This document shows positions 36,519 through 49,510 of a DNA stretch of 64,000 nt, piece by piece. The notes under the pieces were generated by a model that was not told the origin of the DNA, made no database searches, and worked only from the letters and a program-made list of their open reading frames with translations. The DNA comes from Cetorhinus maximus (taxonomy: Eukaryota), in NCBI RefSeq assembly GCF_964194155.1, contig NC_135881.1, positions 204,104,001 through 204,168,000 on the forward strand, in the 5' to 3' direction. The first letter of the stretch is position 1; every line of letters starts with the position of its first letter. The position numbers and the translations under genes are program-made.

Positions 36519-39447
36519 TATAAAAATGCATGTCTTTCTTTTAATAGTTTACTTCAGTTCTTGTGTGTAGGCATTTCCCAGTAATTGGAAAGCATTAAAT
36601 GTTTGTTTAAGCTGCCACCTTTGTTGTGTAGAGTACTCTTGAACTTGTGCATAAGCGAGCGGGATTTTTGCAGTTGTCGGTATGATAGTTTGCAGTCTGC
36701 TACTCGAGATTAAACCAGTTACTGATCAGTTACTTCGCAATGCGAAACAATCAAATCTGCTGTATTTCAAAAAAAATTTTCCAATTGCAAACCAATTTCA
36801 GCTCCTCTTCCATGTGCAGACTGGCACCTCTCTCGTCTGAACTGTTTTGTTCTTGCACCACATCTGCTCATAAGGGATAGCATTTACAAAAGCTTTTAGG
36901 CAGATGGGACTGATGCAGAACCGAACCCTTTAAATAAAGCGCTGGCATTTCCGCACCATCTGCCTTTGTTCAAAATTGGAGAGCTCTGCATATTCTTAAT
37001 AGACGTGTGATTTTCTGCCTTTTGCTTTGCTTCTTAACGCATGGCTTTCTGCCCATTAAAAATGAACAGTGAAACTTGAGCTAGAGGAAGCACAGAAGCT
37101 GAAAATGGCATCCGCACTGTACAGTATTCCATGGGTTTTTGTGATCGGTGGAAATGGAGAACTGCGTGGAATTGGCATTATGCAACATGAGCTGGTCCTG
37201 AAAGCCAGTTCTGTGCAAAGTTGTACACATGGGAGTCCGGTCCACTGAGACGCCGTAATTAAAGCAACTTATGGATGTGTTTTCAATTGGGAATCTCCCA
37301 TCCTAGACACGATACAGTCACAATAACCCTTTCTAGAACGTAGAAGACTCGATTCACGGACGCCACTTGCATTGAGTTGCTGTGGACAGGACTTGGCGAC
37401 GCAGAACATGGGTCATTTGGACATTGTCAGGTCCGTGTAGGCATAGGACATCACATAGCTCATTGCCATTTAAAACCTTTTATTTAAATAGCTGGGAAGG
37501 CGAACCTTCAATCAGAATGACGTTGCTTCCATCATTTTTAGATATGGCAGTCCCGGAGAAGTTAGTGCTGGTAATAGGTTTTGAGGTTTTGTCTAGTTTA
37601 GGAAAGACACTGTACTGAAAATAAGATAAAGAACAAGTTGTTGACGTGACAACACAGTCCCCTACTTTATAAAACTCATAAATAGTATGTAAATGATTGA
37701 GAATTTGATGAACTCAACCTGACAACATATGATTTATGGACTTTAATACCAAATGCATTGCGCAGTAGACCTTGCATTGTTATTCTGTAAATTAAGGAGA
37801 CTTGCATCTTGCAACATATTGTATACTGTAATGTTCACCATTGTGCAATCCTTTTATTATTTTATACTTGTTTTTATTTTAATAATTTTCTGTAATTATG
37901 TTCTGAATTATGATTGCTTGTTTTATTCGTGTCATCATCGCAATTTAGCACGTGCCACCATGAAAATTCTTCAACAACCCAATTGTCCATCTATTCATAT
38001 TTAATAGTTACCAGATTGATGATCCAGTTGACAAATCCAATCTTTCAACTTCTGCTATTTAGATGTTGTAATTTTTACATAAAGAATATTAAAAAAAACC
38101 TGAAAATGGTAAAGGTGAGGCAGGCTTGTGGGCTGGGGGGGAAGACTTGAAATAAAACCAGAAAATACACTTATTGTTCTGTCATCTGCAAGCAGGCGGT
38201 CTCTTCCCCTCTTGTCCTCATACAGATCATTGAGAAAGCTGATGAGGAACAATGAGTCCAACATTAACCTGTGCAGGACTTGGCTAGTGACTGGTCCCCA
38301 GGCAACACCAGAAGCATTAATAACCTGTAAGTCCCTTCGCCAACCCATAACCTGCCTGCAAATCCCTCAGGGCTCAGCTTTACTCCACAACCTCTTGTGT
38401 TGCACCGTCAGTACCATTTTGAAAATTGAGATACACATTGTCAATCGGCAATCAACTTTGTAACTTCCTTTCTGCCAGGTTTAGCGTCTTTTCCATAAGC
38501 CATGTGAAGTATCTCAAATCCCCCTTTCTCCCTGTTAATATGGTTGTAAAGTCTCTTTCTAATAATCCCTTCTAGCTACAGGTTTGCAGCAGAAAGTCAA
38601 ATTAATGGGTGTGTAAATCTCTGGTTCGGACTGCTTTCCTTTTCACATATATAGGCCACAAGCCCATCTGCAGGGGGTGGGGGGAAGGCCTTCAGACAAC
38701 GCACCCTACTGTTCATTTTTTTTTAATGATTGGTTCATGGGATGTGGGTGTCTCTGGCAAGACCAGCATTTGTTTCCTTCCCCTTGAGAACAGTTAAGAA
38801 TCAACCACATTGCTGTGGGTCTGGAGTCACATGTAGGCCAGATTGGGTAAGGATTGGAGGTTTCCTTCCCTAAGGGCATTAGTGAACCAGATGGTTTTAT
38901 AACAATCGGTGATAGTTTCATGGTCACCCATTACTGAGCCTAGCTTTCAATTCCAGGTTTTTAAAAATTAATTGAATTTAAATTCTACCAGAGTATTCGC
39001 CTGGGCCTCTGGATTACTCACCCAGTGATATTACAATGATGCCATTGTCTCCCCAGAAAAAAGGCACACATCATCTGCCACATCATAACACAAATGTGTT
39101 TGTTTCTAATTTTTTTAAATCAAGTATTGGGCGCTGGCCTAGCCTTCGCCTTACTAATCCATCTCCACTTATTGGGAAAGGAGAATGGGCAATGGTGGAT
39201 TGGCCGGCTGCTAAACGCTCTGAGCAATCGCCTTTCTGTTGATTTTGGTGGAATGGACAGTGGGACAGGCTGCATAATGGGGCCACTCATTCCTTCAGTT
39301 TATCTGTAATATGCAATTGAGATCAGGATTGGTGTTTACTTTTTTAAAAAATAAATAACATGCTACACATGTGAATCTCACTCGTTAATTGCAGATTATG
39401 TTAAGATTTAAATTAATAGTTACACTTTTTTTTGTTTCTTTGTGAAG

Positions 39448-39507
39448 GATTAACCATAACGAACGACTGGAGTTTTTGGGAGATGCAGTGGTTGAGTTTT
39501 TAACAAG
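39448..39507 (+). CDS. DROSHA: DROSHA coding exon (60 nt, phase 2-2): (R)INHNERLEFLGDAVVEFLT(S), RNase IIIa signature
   Basis: Polypyrimidine tract then gtgaag|G ... ACAAG|gtagg; canonical RNase III signature ERLEFLGD. Confidence 0.98.
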
Positions 39508-39582
39508 GTAGGAATTTGACATTCATCCATTTAGTTTTAATTTGTAGCGATGATTTTCATTACAGTGTGTATTCTTAATGTA

Positions 39583-42420
39583 AAACAAAAACAAAATACT
39601 GGGATAAACTCAGCAGCTCCTGCAGCATTTCTGGAGAGAGAGAAACAGCATTAACATTTCGAGTAGAATTTCACTCTTCTTCAGAACCCAAGCAAGGCGG
39701 CAACGTGAGGGGTTTTACGCTGTTGAAATGGGGGGAGGGGGAGGAAGAACAAAAGGGAAGGTCTGGGAAATGGTAGAGAGTGGGAGCGATTACAAGGATG
39801 TCATGGAGCAAATGGCAAAGGGAATGGTAATGGTTGTAATAAAGAAACAAAACATTTGTCTAGAGCGAGTGCTAATGGCAGAACAATAAAGAGCGGAAAG
39901 CAAAAACTTGAAAAACAAGATTCAGACCAGCACGTGGCCAAAAAAACCAGAATCAGACGGAGCTCAATGCCTGAAATTGTTGAACTCAATGTTGAGTTCA
40001 GAAGTGCCCAATCGGAAGCTGAGGTTCTGTTGCTCTAGCTTGCCTTGAGCTTCACTGGAGCAGACCGATGACAGAAATGTGAGCGTTGGAGCAAGGTGCT
40101 GGATTAAAATACCAAGCTGGGGTTCATAGTTGCGGACTGAGCGGAGGCGTTCCGCGAAGCCATCACCCAATCTGGCTTTGGTCTCCCCAATGTAGAGGAG
40201 ACCACATTGGGAGCAGCAAGTACAGTATACTGAATTGAAAGAGGATTAAGTAAATCACTGCTTGAGCTGGAAGGAGTGGTTGGGTCTTGGGCAGTGAGTG
40301 GAGGTAAAAGGGCAGGTATTACATGTCCTGCAACTGGAAGGGGAGATGCTGTGGGAAGGGGTAACGTGTTGGGGGTGATTGAGGACCAGGGTGTCACGGA
40401 GGGAATGGTCCCTTCAGAATGCTGACAGGGGAGGGGAAGGGAAGGGAAGATGTGTTGGAGGTGACGGAAATGGCAGAAGATGATCCTTTGAATGTGGATG
40501 ATGGTGGGGTAGTTCGTGAGTACAGCGGGAACCCTATTGCGGCTCCAGGAGGGAGGGGAAGGGGCGAGAGCATAAGTGCGGGAAGTAGGTGGTCACTGTC
40601 AGTCATAGTGGAGGGGTTGAGAAGAAAGGAATGCATGTCAGCTGCACTGTTGTGGTAGATTACATCATCAGAACAGATGTGTTGGAGACAGAGAAACTGG
40701 GAGAATCGAATGGCGTCCTTACAGGAGGCAGAGTGTGAGGAAACATAGTCGAAATAACTGTGGGGGTCGGTGCGCTTATAAAGAATACCAGTAGATGGCC
40801 TGCCTCCAGAAATGGAAACAGACAAGCTGAGGAAGGGAATGAAAGTACTGGAGATGGACCTTGTGAAGGTGAGAGAAGGATGTATATTGGAAGCAAAGTT
40901 GAAGAAGTTTCCAGTTCCGGATATGCGGGTTCCCATAGCAACACCTTTTATTTGAAGGAAGTGAGACAAGTTGAAGGAGAAACTGTTCAGTGAGAGACCA
41001 AGTTCAGCCAGGCAGAGGAGGGTGGTGATGGATGGGGATTGTTCAGGCCTCTGTTCAAGGAAGAAGCGGCGAGCCCTTCAACCATCCTGGTGGGGGATGG
41101 AGGTGTAGAGAGATTGGATATCCAAAGTATTATGACACAGCTGACGGTAAAGGCTGAGTTGCTCAAATCCCAGAGGGAAACTTGAAACAACTGTCATAAC
41201 CCATTTTTGCAATTTGTATGTTTCAAGATGCAGGCTTTGAATTCAGCAGTAGTAAGACCACCGAGTCTCAAGAGGTTTTTTATAAAACTAAAACATTTAT
41301 TACTTCAAGAAAAATTGTAAGCACACACATACGTCTACAACATTACTACTATAATAACTACAAAAATCCCCATATTAATCTGACTCTCAGTTACACCCCC
41401 GTTAAGGCAACAGTAAAACTTATAGATTTAAAAAGACCCCAGGCAAAGCACATTTGACTTTACAAATTCAAAATGAGGTTCCTTGCAGACACAGTTACAG
41501 ATGTACAGGCTGATTAGACCTTAAATGCCCCTGCTTTGCACACACAAACTTATTTCTGTTTATACTTGGCTTTTCCTTTCAAAGTAAATTTCACATTGTA
41601 TTACTAGGTTTTTAAATGTTACATCTTCTAACACTAATATCCTTTCGTTCCACCAATTTTATTAGTAAGCTGAAAAAAAATAAACACATTGCTTGGCATC
41701 TTCTAGCTAGGTGCAAGACTTCACCCATCCTTTTGAATGGTTTAATTCAACAAATGCAAATGTACACTTTACCTTCTAACTTCCTTACTGTTTCCCCAAT
41801 TAACATCTCAAAACTACTACACATCAAAGCACCCAGGCTAGCTGGCTTTAATCCAATTAAGACACACACACATACACACACACAGACACAGACATCACTA
41901 AACTCTATTAAAAAAAAAATCACTTCCAATAATATTATTGACATTAATCTCTTCATGACAATAGTGAAGAGGAGGTGGTTAGGGCCAGGGAACTGGAAAT
42001 TCTTGAAATGATGTAGATTGTCAGAAGAGTCATAGATGTAGGTGGGAAGAGACTGGGCAAAGGGAGAAAAAACAGAGTCAAGATAGGAAGAAAACAAGTT
42101 CAGTGGGACAAGAACAGGCTTAAATGATGAGTCTGCCAAGAGAGTTCTGCTTATTGATTTTTGGGAAGGAGGTAGAAGTCGTCTGTTTGGAGTTGGGGGA
42201 GACTATAAGCTGGTGGGAAGCTGTGGAGGGAAGATCTCCACAGCAGATGAGGTCAGTGTCAGTCCTGGAAACAATGGCTTGATGCTTGGTTAGCGGGGCC
42301 ATGGTCCAGGGGAGGTGGGAAGAAGCGTCTGAGAGTTGGCACTCAGCCTCTGCAAGGTAGCGGTCAGTACGCTAGAAAACAACAGCCCACCCTTGTCAGC
42401 AGGTTTGAGAACAGAGGACA
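39583..42420 (-). mobile_element. Penelope-like element family B (RT + GIY-YIG remnants), interrupted by a solo LTR
   Basis: HFLQIKGVAMGT (RT), YKRTDPHSYFDYVSSH...CKDAI.FSQFL (thumb), GIY-YIG remnants ~39965-40260; hammerhead-like CUGAAGA...GAAA at ~39648-39690. Confidence 0.9.
41128..41960. mobile_element. Solo LTR (Gypsy-like) inserted in the PLE
   Basis: Termini TATTATGA...TCATGACA, imperfect 4-bp TSD aaag/atag; PLE sequence resumes on both sides; internal (CA)n near 41862-41893. Confidence 0.6.
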
Positions 42421-42804
42421 GCAAGTTCAGAGGGAGACAGGTGTGCTTTAAGAATGTTTGAAGCACAGCATGTCAGAAACTTGGCTAAAATGTCGTGGAA
42501 TGATAGACTAAAGGCTGCCATACCCATGATCCTGCCCTCAGCATAGCTGCTCTCAGTCACATTGTTAACGGGAGGTGTGAAGTGGAAAATGGACACCTTC
42601 AATGGAAGATGTTGTCAGTCCAAAGACCTTCCTGGATGAGCAGGGAGTTCCAAAAGCACGTGTGACCCCTAAGCCAGGGTCAGTTTGGGATGTGGAGAAA
42701 CGAGGGGAAGAAGGTGCAAAATTTTTAAATTGTTCACGTTTGAGCTTTGTAACATACGTTTTCTATTTAACCTACACTGAGGTGTTGTCGGACCAGGAGC
42801 CAAT

Positions 42805-43185
42805 TTCAAAATTCTCCTCTGTGTTTTCAAATCCCTCCATGGTCTCTGTAATCTCCTACAGCCCGACAACCCTCCAAAATATCTGCGTTCCTAATTCTGG
42901 ATTCTGGCACGTGCCCGACCTTAATCGCTCCACTAGCGGCAGCCGTGCCTTAAGCATCTTGGGCTCTAAGCATCGGAATTCCCGCTTTAAACCTCTCCGC
43001 CTCTCTCTCTCCTCCTTCCAGACACTCTTCGAAACCTTGACTTTCAGACTTTGACCGAGCTGTTGATCATCTAATCTAATATCTCCTTATGTGGTTCAGT
43101 GTCAAATTTTGCTGAATATCATTCTTGTGAAGTGCTTTTGAGATGCCTGACTGCCCGAAGGGTGCTATCTCAATGCGAGTTGTAC
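42805..43185 (+). mobile_element. L2 LINE 3' end
   Basis: tttcaaatccctccatggtctc...ggtgctatctcaatgcgagttgt. Confidence 0.75.
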
Positions 43186-43461
43186 ATTTTCTGTTTTAAT
43201 GAGAAATATTCAAAATGATGTGATAATAGTTATGTAAAGATGACGTCTTGTCCTGTAGGAAATGCTTGAGCGTGCATAAAAAAATTTCAGTTATCAGTGC
43301 AGTAATTTGGGAGAATGATAACTTTATCAGATTGTGTACAATAGATTCTAAGCATAAATGGTAACGTCATCACCTGATGAAGGCAGCATTACAAAGAATG
43401 ATTGATGTGTTAATTGTCGCCTCAGTGTCACCCTGTTGAATTTGCTTCTTTCTGCTTTCAG

Positions 43462-43561
43462 CGTGCACTTGTACTTTCTGTTCCCAAATCTGGAGGAAGG
43501 TGGGCTAGCGACCTACCGCACAGCAATAGTGCAGAACCAGCACCTTGCTATGCTCGCCAAG
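43462..43561 (+). CDS. DROSHA: DROSHA coding exon (100 nt, phase 2-0): (S)VHLYFLFPNLEEGGLATYRTAIVQNQHLAMLAK
   Basis: ctttcag|C ... AAG|gtcagt; RNase IIIa; inside ORF 43436..43780. Confidence 0.98.
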
Positions 43562-43714
43562 GTCAGTATTATGAGTTACACAAGGTCCATTGTATTGGTG
43601 CACAGTTCTCTCTCCCTGGGACTCTTGGACTTGTTGGCTAGTGTTGTAAATCATAATACAAATGTCAAACCCTCAGTTCATTTAAAGCAGTTTTCCAAGC
43701 CAGATGTTCCATTT

Positions 43715-44222
43715 CAGTCATTCAGGAAGATCATGGCTGATCTTTCATCTCAACTCTACTTTCCCGCCCAATCTCCATAACCCTTGATTCCCTTAATGGC
43801 CAAAGTCTTTAACAATCTCAGTTTTGAATACACTCCGCGATTGAGCATCCACAGTTCTCTAGGTTAGAGAATTCCAAATATTCCCAACCCTTTGAATGAA
43901 GAAATTGCCCCTCATCTCAGTCCTACATGGCAAACCCCTAATTCTGAGACTATGCCCCTGTGTTCTAGACTCTCCAGCCAGGGGGAATGTTCTCTCAGCA
44001 TCTACTGTGTCAAACCCTCTAAGAATTTCATATATTTCAGTGAGATCGCCTCTCATTCTTCTAAACTCTAAAAACTATTGGTCCATTCTTCTCAATCTCT
44101 CCTCATAGGGAAATCCTCTTATCCTAGGAATCAATCTAGTGAACCTCTGTTGAACCACCTCAAAGGCAAGTAGATCATCTCCTTAGTTAAGGAGACCAGA
44201 TCTGTTCACTGTACTCCAGTCA
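43715..44222 (-). mobile_element. CR1 LINE 3' fragment
   Basis: ORF 43859..44056 MRGDLTEIYEILRGFD...SRTQGHSLRI...FFIQRVGNIWNSL. Confidence 0.9.
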
Positions 44223-44264
44223 GTTGCTCTGTAAGGACATTTTTCCTTTTGCTAAAACCCATGG

Positions 44265-44705
44265 AGGCTCAGTGGGTAGCATCCTCACCTCCGGCTTGTG
44301 GGTTCAAATCCCACTCTAGAGATTTGAGCACAAAAATCTATGTTGACACCCCAATGAAGCACTGGAGGAGTGCAGCACTGTCTGAGGTGCGGCCTTTTGG
44401 ATGAGACGTTAAACTGAGGTCCCGCCTGCCCCCTCAGGCGGATGCAAAAGATCCAATGGCACGATTTGGAAGAAGAGCAGGAGAGATCTTCCTGGCGTTT
44501 TGGCCAATATTTATCCTTCATTTAACACCGACGGAAAAATCTACTTACTAACTTATTGCTGTTTGTGGGAGCTTGCTGTGGTGCAAATTGGTTGTGATGT
44601 TTCCTACATTGCAACAGTAACTAAACTTCAAAACTACTTAGTTGGCTGCAAAGCACTTTGGGATGTCCTGAGGTTGTGAAAGGCGCTATAGAAATGCAAG
44701 TTTTT
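44265..44705 (+). mobile_element. Near full-length tRNA-derived Deu-domain SINE (SacSINE1/AmnSINE-related)
   Basis: A box ggctcagtggg, B box ggttcaaatcc, Deu core gatgagacgttaaactgaggtcc...aaagatccaatggcac...gaagagcagg, L2-like tail aaggcgctatagaaatgcaag. Confidence 0.8.
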
Positions 44706-44831
44706 TTTACTTTCTTGGGTTGGATTTGATCTCTCAAAGCCTTGGATTGGCCATAAACACTGTTCCACCCATTAATGGAGCTCCTTTCTGAGCAAATATG
44801 TATCAATTTTGATTTTTATTTCTTCCCACAG

Positions 44832-44934
44832 AAGTTGGAATTGGACCGTTTCATGCTGTACGCCCATGGACCTGACCTCTGTAGGGAATCTGACCTACGT
44901 CACGCTATGGCTAATTGCTTTGAAGCCCTGATAG
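44832..44934 (+). CDS. DROSHA: DROSHA coding exon (103 nt, phase 0-1): KLELDRFMLYAHGPDLCRESDLRHAMANCFEALI(G)
   Basis: cccacag|AAG ... ATAG|gtaatt; carries the second catalytic motif ANCFEA (equivalent to human N1042/E1045). Confidence 0.98.
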
Positions 44935-45614
44935 GTAATTAAATACGGGTTGTACCGGTGAAAGTTATGGCTTCGGAGGAGCGCTGTATAGAGTGGGCAG
45001 CGCGATGGATGAGGGAATTTACAGGCGTCGCTTCTAGGATTTCTGTGCAATTGGCATTTTTGTCAGAAACCAAAAAACTCGGAGATCTGCGGGCTTATTT
45101 GTTTCAGATGCTCACTACAAGCCTTTGCTTAGTTTTGTACGACTGTTTCAAATGCTGTAGAGGGCAAAACGGGCAAACGAGTGAGTGCTCGAGACAGCTG
45201 GTGTTAAGAGGAACTTGTTTGAGGCAGTGATGTCGAGCTCCTGTGTTTTGGGCAGGTGATGGGAACGGGAGGGGAATGTTTGGAATAAGAGGTAATGCAA
45301 GGCCGAACACCTGGAAAACGTGCGCAAGGAAGATCCAAGATGGCTGGGATGGATAATATCAGAATGTGGACTGGCCTCTTTATGGGATGGGCAGTGAGTG
45401 CAGTTGAGAATAGAAATCAGTGGAGAAAGATTGTTCATAGTGCAGCTAACCCTCAGAATGAGGACGGAGGGAAGACAGACAGAGGTGAAGTTTACCAGAT
45501 TTGCACTCCCAATAATGAGCCATGCACCAACCAAGAACTAGTCAGGAAATATAATATTATATTTTGGCAATGTGGAAAATTGTTCAGGTATGTCCTGTAC
45601 ACATAAAACAAGAC

Positions 45615-46930
45615 AAATCCAACCCAGCCAATACCACCCCATTAGTCGACTCTTGATCATCAGCAAAGCGATGGAAAGTGTCCTAGACAGTGCTATCAAG
45701 CGGCACTTACATAGCAATAACCTGCTTACTGATGCTCAGTTTGGCTCCCACCAGGGCCACTCAGCTCCTGACCTCATTATAGCCTTGATTCAAACATGGA
45801 CAAAGGAGCTGAACTCCCAAGGTGAGGTGAGAGTGACTGCCCTTGACATCCAGGCAGCATTTGACCGAGTGTGGCATTAAGGAGCCCTAGCAAAATTGAA
45901 GTCAGTGGGAATCGGGAGAAAAACTCTCCACAGGTTGGAGTCATACCTAGCATAGTCCTCTCATCTCAGTCCTGGGACATCGCTGCAGGAGTTCCTCAGG
46001 TTAGTGTCCTAGGCCCAACCATCTTCAGCTGCTTCATCAATGACCTGCCCTCCATCATAAGGTCAGAAGTGGGGATTTACACTGATGATTGCACAATGTT
46101 CAGCACAATTCGTGTCTCCTCAGATACTGAAGCAGTCTATGTTCATATTCAGCAAGACCTGGACAATATCCAGGCTTGGGCTGACAAGTGACAAGTAACA
46201 TTCATGCCACACAAGTGCCAGGCAATTACCATCTCCAACAAGAGAAAATCTAACCATCTCCTGCTTGACATTCAATTGCATTACCATTGCTGAATATCCA
46301 CTATCAACATCCTGGGTTGTTACCATTGATCAGAAACTGAGCTGGACCAGCCATATAAATACTGTGGTTACAAGAGCAGGTCAGAGGCTAGGAATCCTGC
46401 GACGAGTAACCCATGGCCTGACTCCCCAAAGCCTGTCCACCATCTACAAGGCACAGGTCAGCAGAATGATGGAACACTTTCCTGGATGAGTGCAGCTCCA
46501 ACAACACTCAAGAAGCTCAACACCATCCAGAACAAAGCAGCCCACTTGATAGGCACCCCATCCACAACATTCACTCCTTCCATCACTGACTCACAGTGGC
46601 AGCATTGTGTACCATCTACGAGATGCATTGCAGCAGCTTACCAAGGCACCTTTGACTGCACCCTTCAAATCTGTGATCTCTGCCACCTAGAAGGACAAAG
46701 CCAGCAGACACATGGGAACACCACCACCTGGAAGTTCCCCGCCAAGCCACACACCATCCTGACTTGGAACTGTATCGCCGTACCTTCACTGTCGCTGGGT
46801 CAAAATCCTGGAATTCCCTTCCTAACAGCACCGTGGTTGTCCTTACACCACATGGACTGCAGCAGTTCAAGAAGGCAGCTCACCATCACCTCCTTGAAGG
46901 TAATCAGGGCAGGCAATAAAACACTGGCCT
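45615..46930 (+). mobile_element. CR1/L2-group LINE ORF2 RT fragment to 3' end
   Basis: YHPISRL...QFG...ALDIQAAFDRVWH, GVPQ.SVLGPTIF..FINDLP, YTDD. Confidence 0.92.
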
Positions 46931-47616
46931 ATCACAGAATCACACAGTGCAGGAGAGGCCCTTTGGCCCATCGAGTCTGCACCGACACGTGAGAAACACC
47001 TGACCTACCTACCTAACCCCATTTACCAGCACTTGGCCCATAGCCTTGTATGTTATGACATGCCAAGTGGTCATCCAGGTACTTTTTAAAGGATGTGAGG
47101 CAACCCGCCTCCACCACCCTCCCAGGCAGTGCATTCCAGACCGTCCACCCTCTGGGTAAAAAAGTTTTTCCTCACATCCCCCCTAAACCTCCTGCCCCTC
47201 ACCTTGAACTTATGTCCCCTTGTGACTGACCCTTCAACTAAGGGGAACAGCTGCTCCCTATCCACCCTGTCCATGCCCCTCATAATCTTGTACACCTCAA
47301 TCAGGACGCCCCTCAGACTTCTCTACTCCAACGAAAACAACCCAAGTCTATCTAACCTCTCTTCATAACTTAAATGTTTCATCCCAGGCAACATCCTGGT
47401 GAATCTCCTCTGCACCCCCTCCAGTGCAATCACATCCTTCCTATAATGTGGCGACCAGAACTGCACGCAGTACTCCAGCTGTGGTCTCACCAAGGTTCTA
47501 TACAACTCCTACATGACCTCCCTACTTTTGGAATCTATGCCTTGATTGATAAAGGCAAACATCCCACATGTCTTTTTCACCACCCCACGAACATGCCCCT
47601 CCGCCTTCAGAGATCC
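46931..47616 (-). mobile_element. Young CR1 LINE 3' fragment
   Basis: [37 protein letters not shown]...LGLFSLE...TRGHKFKV. Confidence 0.92.
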
Positions 47617-48774
47617 ACCTAGCAGCGGAACATGAGAAAATAGCCCTACCTCTGACCAATATTGCTTTCAAGTGTGACTCCCCACTAGGGGCTGTGTATT
47701 GAAGAATTTAATTTTGAATGTGTGCAAAAAACTAATTTTCGTCCATGATGCTATACCCAGTAAGTCTAAAAATCGCTAGCAGTGCATTTGAAATTTTCCA
47801 GGCATGGTGGACCATGGGCAAGGACTTTTGGTTAGGGCAGGGGGGGGGAATAAAACTAACCTTAAAAGTCTATGATAATGTTACGCATCCAGAAAAATAG
47901 ATAGTCAGCTGTGAAAACATATTATTTAGCACCTTCACAATTTTAGTATTATGAGTCATTTTCCAGTTAAAAACATTTGGTGGAATTATTCTGCATAGCC
48001 AATACTTCTTTTGAAGTTAAACTAAATTTTGGCAATTGTCAGGATGGGTTTTAAACTGTTAAGTTATCATGGCTATGATATATTAGCACACAAGATAAAT
48101 CATCTCTAATTATCCTGACTGAAATAAATCAAATGATGTGTGTTGCACATGTTGCTTGTTAAATGCGCGCACATCTTTTAGCTGGAGAAATACCCAAGAA
48201 TTAATATATGTCCTGCTACCGCTGAAAGTGCTGTGGTTTGCAGTCTGTGGTAAGTCTTTATCATTGCTTTGGGTTCGGGAGCAACTAATGGATTTTTACA
48301 AACTTGCTTCAATGATTAATGTTTACTAATTGATCTCCTGTAGTGCTGTACACAGGGAACACAACAGTGTGTAGCTGTGAAGCAAGCTCAATAACTGGAG
48401 CAGTTTGTCAGGGGATAGCTCAATTCCCACTTTAAGCTCGCGCATCCTGTCCTCATTGTTACATGACAATTGTTTGATTTTTAAGTTTAAACTTCAGAAA
48501 ATTTGAGAAGCAGAACATGAGGCTGTTCGGAGGAGAGACGCAAGAAGGCGGGAAAGCGAGTTTGGGAAATCTTTCGGAGCCAGTTCCAGGCCCACAGGCG
48601 TTTCTTCGCTGGAAAGGCATAGAAACGCGGTTTCCTCAACACTTCTGCCAGTCCAGTGAAAAGGAGCTTGTTCCGAATTTTCCAGCCTAGTTAGGGAGAA
48701 AACTGAGGCAGTAATTGTGTCAACATTAGTGAGGAGGATTTAATTGCGCTGTGTCCGGTCTGTGTCTTTTGAGT

Positions 48775-49510
48775 ATTGCTGTCGAAGCTTTTCATCCTGA
48801 ACTCATCAGGGCAGAATCGCAAAAATAACCAACTCTCAAAGGGGACAACAATTTGTACTGCGTGAGAAGAGGGTGCTGATTGGTTGGCAAGCGTCCCAAC
48901 AACTTGTGGGTCGTATTAAACAGCACATCCCTTTGGCTGTTCACAATAGGCAAAGCATTGACCGTACTCAACTAGCCCGTGCTTGTACAACTCAGGACAG
49001 AGTGTCCAACATTAGATGTGATTCCACAATTGGGCAACACCTACTAAACAGTCCCGATTGTGCCACACATTACACTTGCAAACCAATTTAAAATTACCGG
49101 TTGTGCTCGCAGTGTGGCTCACTTACGTGTGCTGGAGGCTCCACATATTCACACACAGGGCCCTGCCCTTTGAAAATAGGAAGACATGTCCACACATTGT
49201 GCCTTTTCCAACCAAACAAAAGCTTGGGGGACAGCCATTCCCAGGTTCATTCCCCATGGTAATGCCTTGACCAACCAGAGTCAACTTGCCTGGTTTGAAT
49301 TTAAACAAAAGCTTGGAGTTAACTGTTCCCTGGTGCATTCTCCATGGCAATAACTCTACTAATCAGAGTACACTTTCCAATCAATCAGCGTCCTCTTTTC
49401 ATGCAGTATAAATTGTTGTTCCCTTCGAGATTGGATATTCTTGCAATTCTGTCTTGATGAGCGCAAGACAAAAAGCTTCAACAGTATGTGTCTTTTTTTT
49501 CCAACAATAC
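48775..49510 (+). mobile_element. PLE family A 3' part with short inverted pLTR (48775-48893)
   Basis: Reverse complement of 1141-1730; inverted hammerhead copies at 48780-48813 (-, core intact: ugcc CUGAUGA guucaggau GAAA agcu UC gaca) and ~49450-49484 (+, degenerate). Confidence 0.85.
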
